From assembly GCA_016748015.1 (NCBI GenBank), contig JAAOMT010000181.1:7784-71783 (forward strand): a stretch of DNA of 64,000 bases, given 5' to 3'. The position numbers and the translations under genes were made by a program. Position 1 is the stretch's first letter; the number at the start of each line of letters is the position of its first letter. The notes beneath the pieces are model-generated. The model searched no databases, was not told the DNA's origin, and saw only the letters and a program-made list of their open reading frames with translations. The stretch comes from Geosiphon pyriformis uo1. Taxonomy: Eukaryota; Fungi; Glomeromycota. This document shows, piece after piece, positions 63,115-64,000 of the stretch.

Positions 63115-64000
63115 AATAAATCTTGATCATTTTACTACGGTTCGAGATGCAAAAGCACTTTCCCAGGGGTATCAATGTCTGCACATCCCACGTTAGGTGT
63201 TGCGTCGACAATCCGGAATCTATATGAATTGACAAGCAAATCATTTCTTATTTTATTTTACATGATCATGTTACACTAATAACCCATTTTATCAAGTCTT
63301 GGTTCTATTTTGATTTGCATTTCACGTTAACAATCAAGTTTATTTACATTTTGGTCTTCTACTGAAACAACTTAAATCTAAACCTCATCCTCACCAGATG
63401 ATTACTATATTAAATACGAGTACGGTGGGATCTGACACCGATAAAATATTTCGAGGAAAATTTTTTCAACAAAATGAATCTGCGAATGAGCCCTTGGATT
63501 GGAAAATAGCGGGCAGTTTCCCAAATCATCAAAAAATTGCAGCAAATAAGTAGTTCGAGAACTTTTGATCCCTATGAAAATTTTGACAAATTGCAATATG
63601 CACTCAGCATCGAATCTGTAACTCGAAAATGAATTTTAATGTCTGACATGAATCGATAATCGATAGGGATGTAATGCAATCCTAAATCTTCCGGATCTTA
63701 TCGCCATCTTGCTACATGAAGTTAAAATGAAAGGGTTTTCTTCAAGTCTTCTGGTGCATCATATCATTATGATTAATGTCAAGAGCAATCAAGAGATTCC
63801 AAAGTAAGAAAAATTTACAAAGCAACTTGCCCGTTTTTAACGACATCTTCACCCGAAACCCCTTGAATCCCAATGTCTCTTTTACTAAATCTCTCAAGAT
63901 TCCTAATTGATCTGAATTCAAATTCCCCCATAAAGATAAGACTTGGGATCGAACAATGATGTTTGAATCTTTTCACCACTTGAACCCTTTCTTTCGGCCT

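Noticed and set aside
63250-64000. Gene-like composition at the right edge
   Set aside because: Probably exonic, but no consistent exon chain, strand or recognisable motif could be established.

Overview
Eukaryotic, intron-rich fungal DNA. Gene content, intron sizes and TE families suggest Glomeromycotina/Mucoromycota, possibly Geosiphon-like; this is inferred from recalled protein families and was not verified by a search. The window alternates between two gene islands and two transposon blocks. Island 1 (about 11.8-33.3 kb) holds CTC1-like, U2AF1, mL58, NCS-1/frequenin, SNRNP35, DUF1640, Snapin, PDX2 and separase. Island 2 (about 58.3-63.1 kb) holds a long-chain acyl-CoA synthetase, an RraA-like gene and an SLX9-like gene. 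The TE blocks (about 1-11 kb and 33.5-58 kb) are nested, CpG-poor and very AT-rich. They contain Ty3/Gypsy elements (4-bp TSDs, a dUTPase, an extra ORF after integrase), solo LTRs, 5'-truncated LINE copies and a decayed LINE. The most notable system is a ~2.2-2.3 kb poly(A)-tailed retroposon family, present in three copies, that encodes only an ORF1/Gag-like RNA-binding protein and no reverse transcriptase. It shares a covarying 3' stem-loop with LINE-ORF2 fragments in the same window, which suggests a 'half-LINE' (HAL1-like) passenger of a 3'-tail-stringent LINE. The repeats also show a CpA>TpA (RIP-like) mutation bias.
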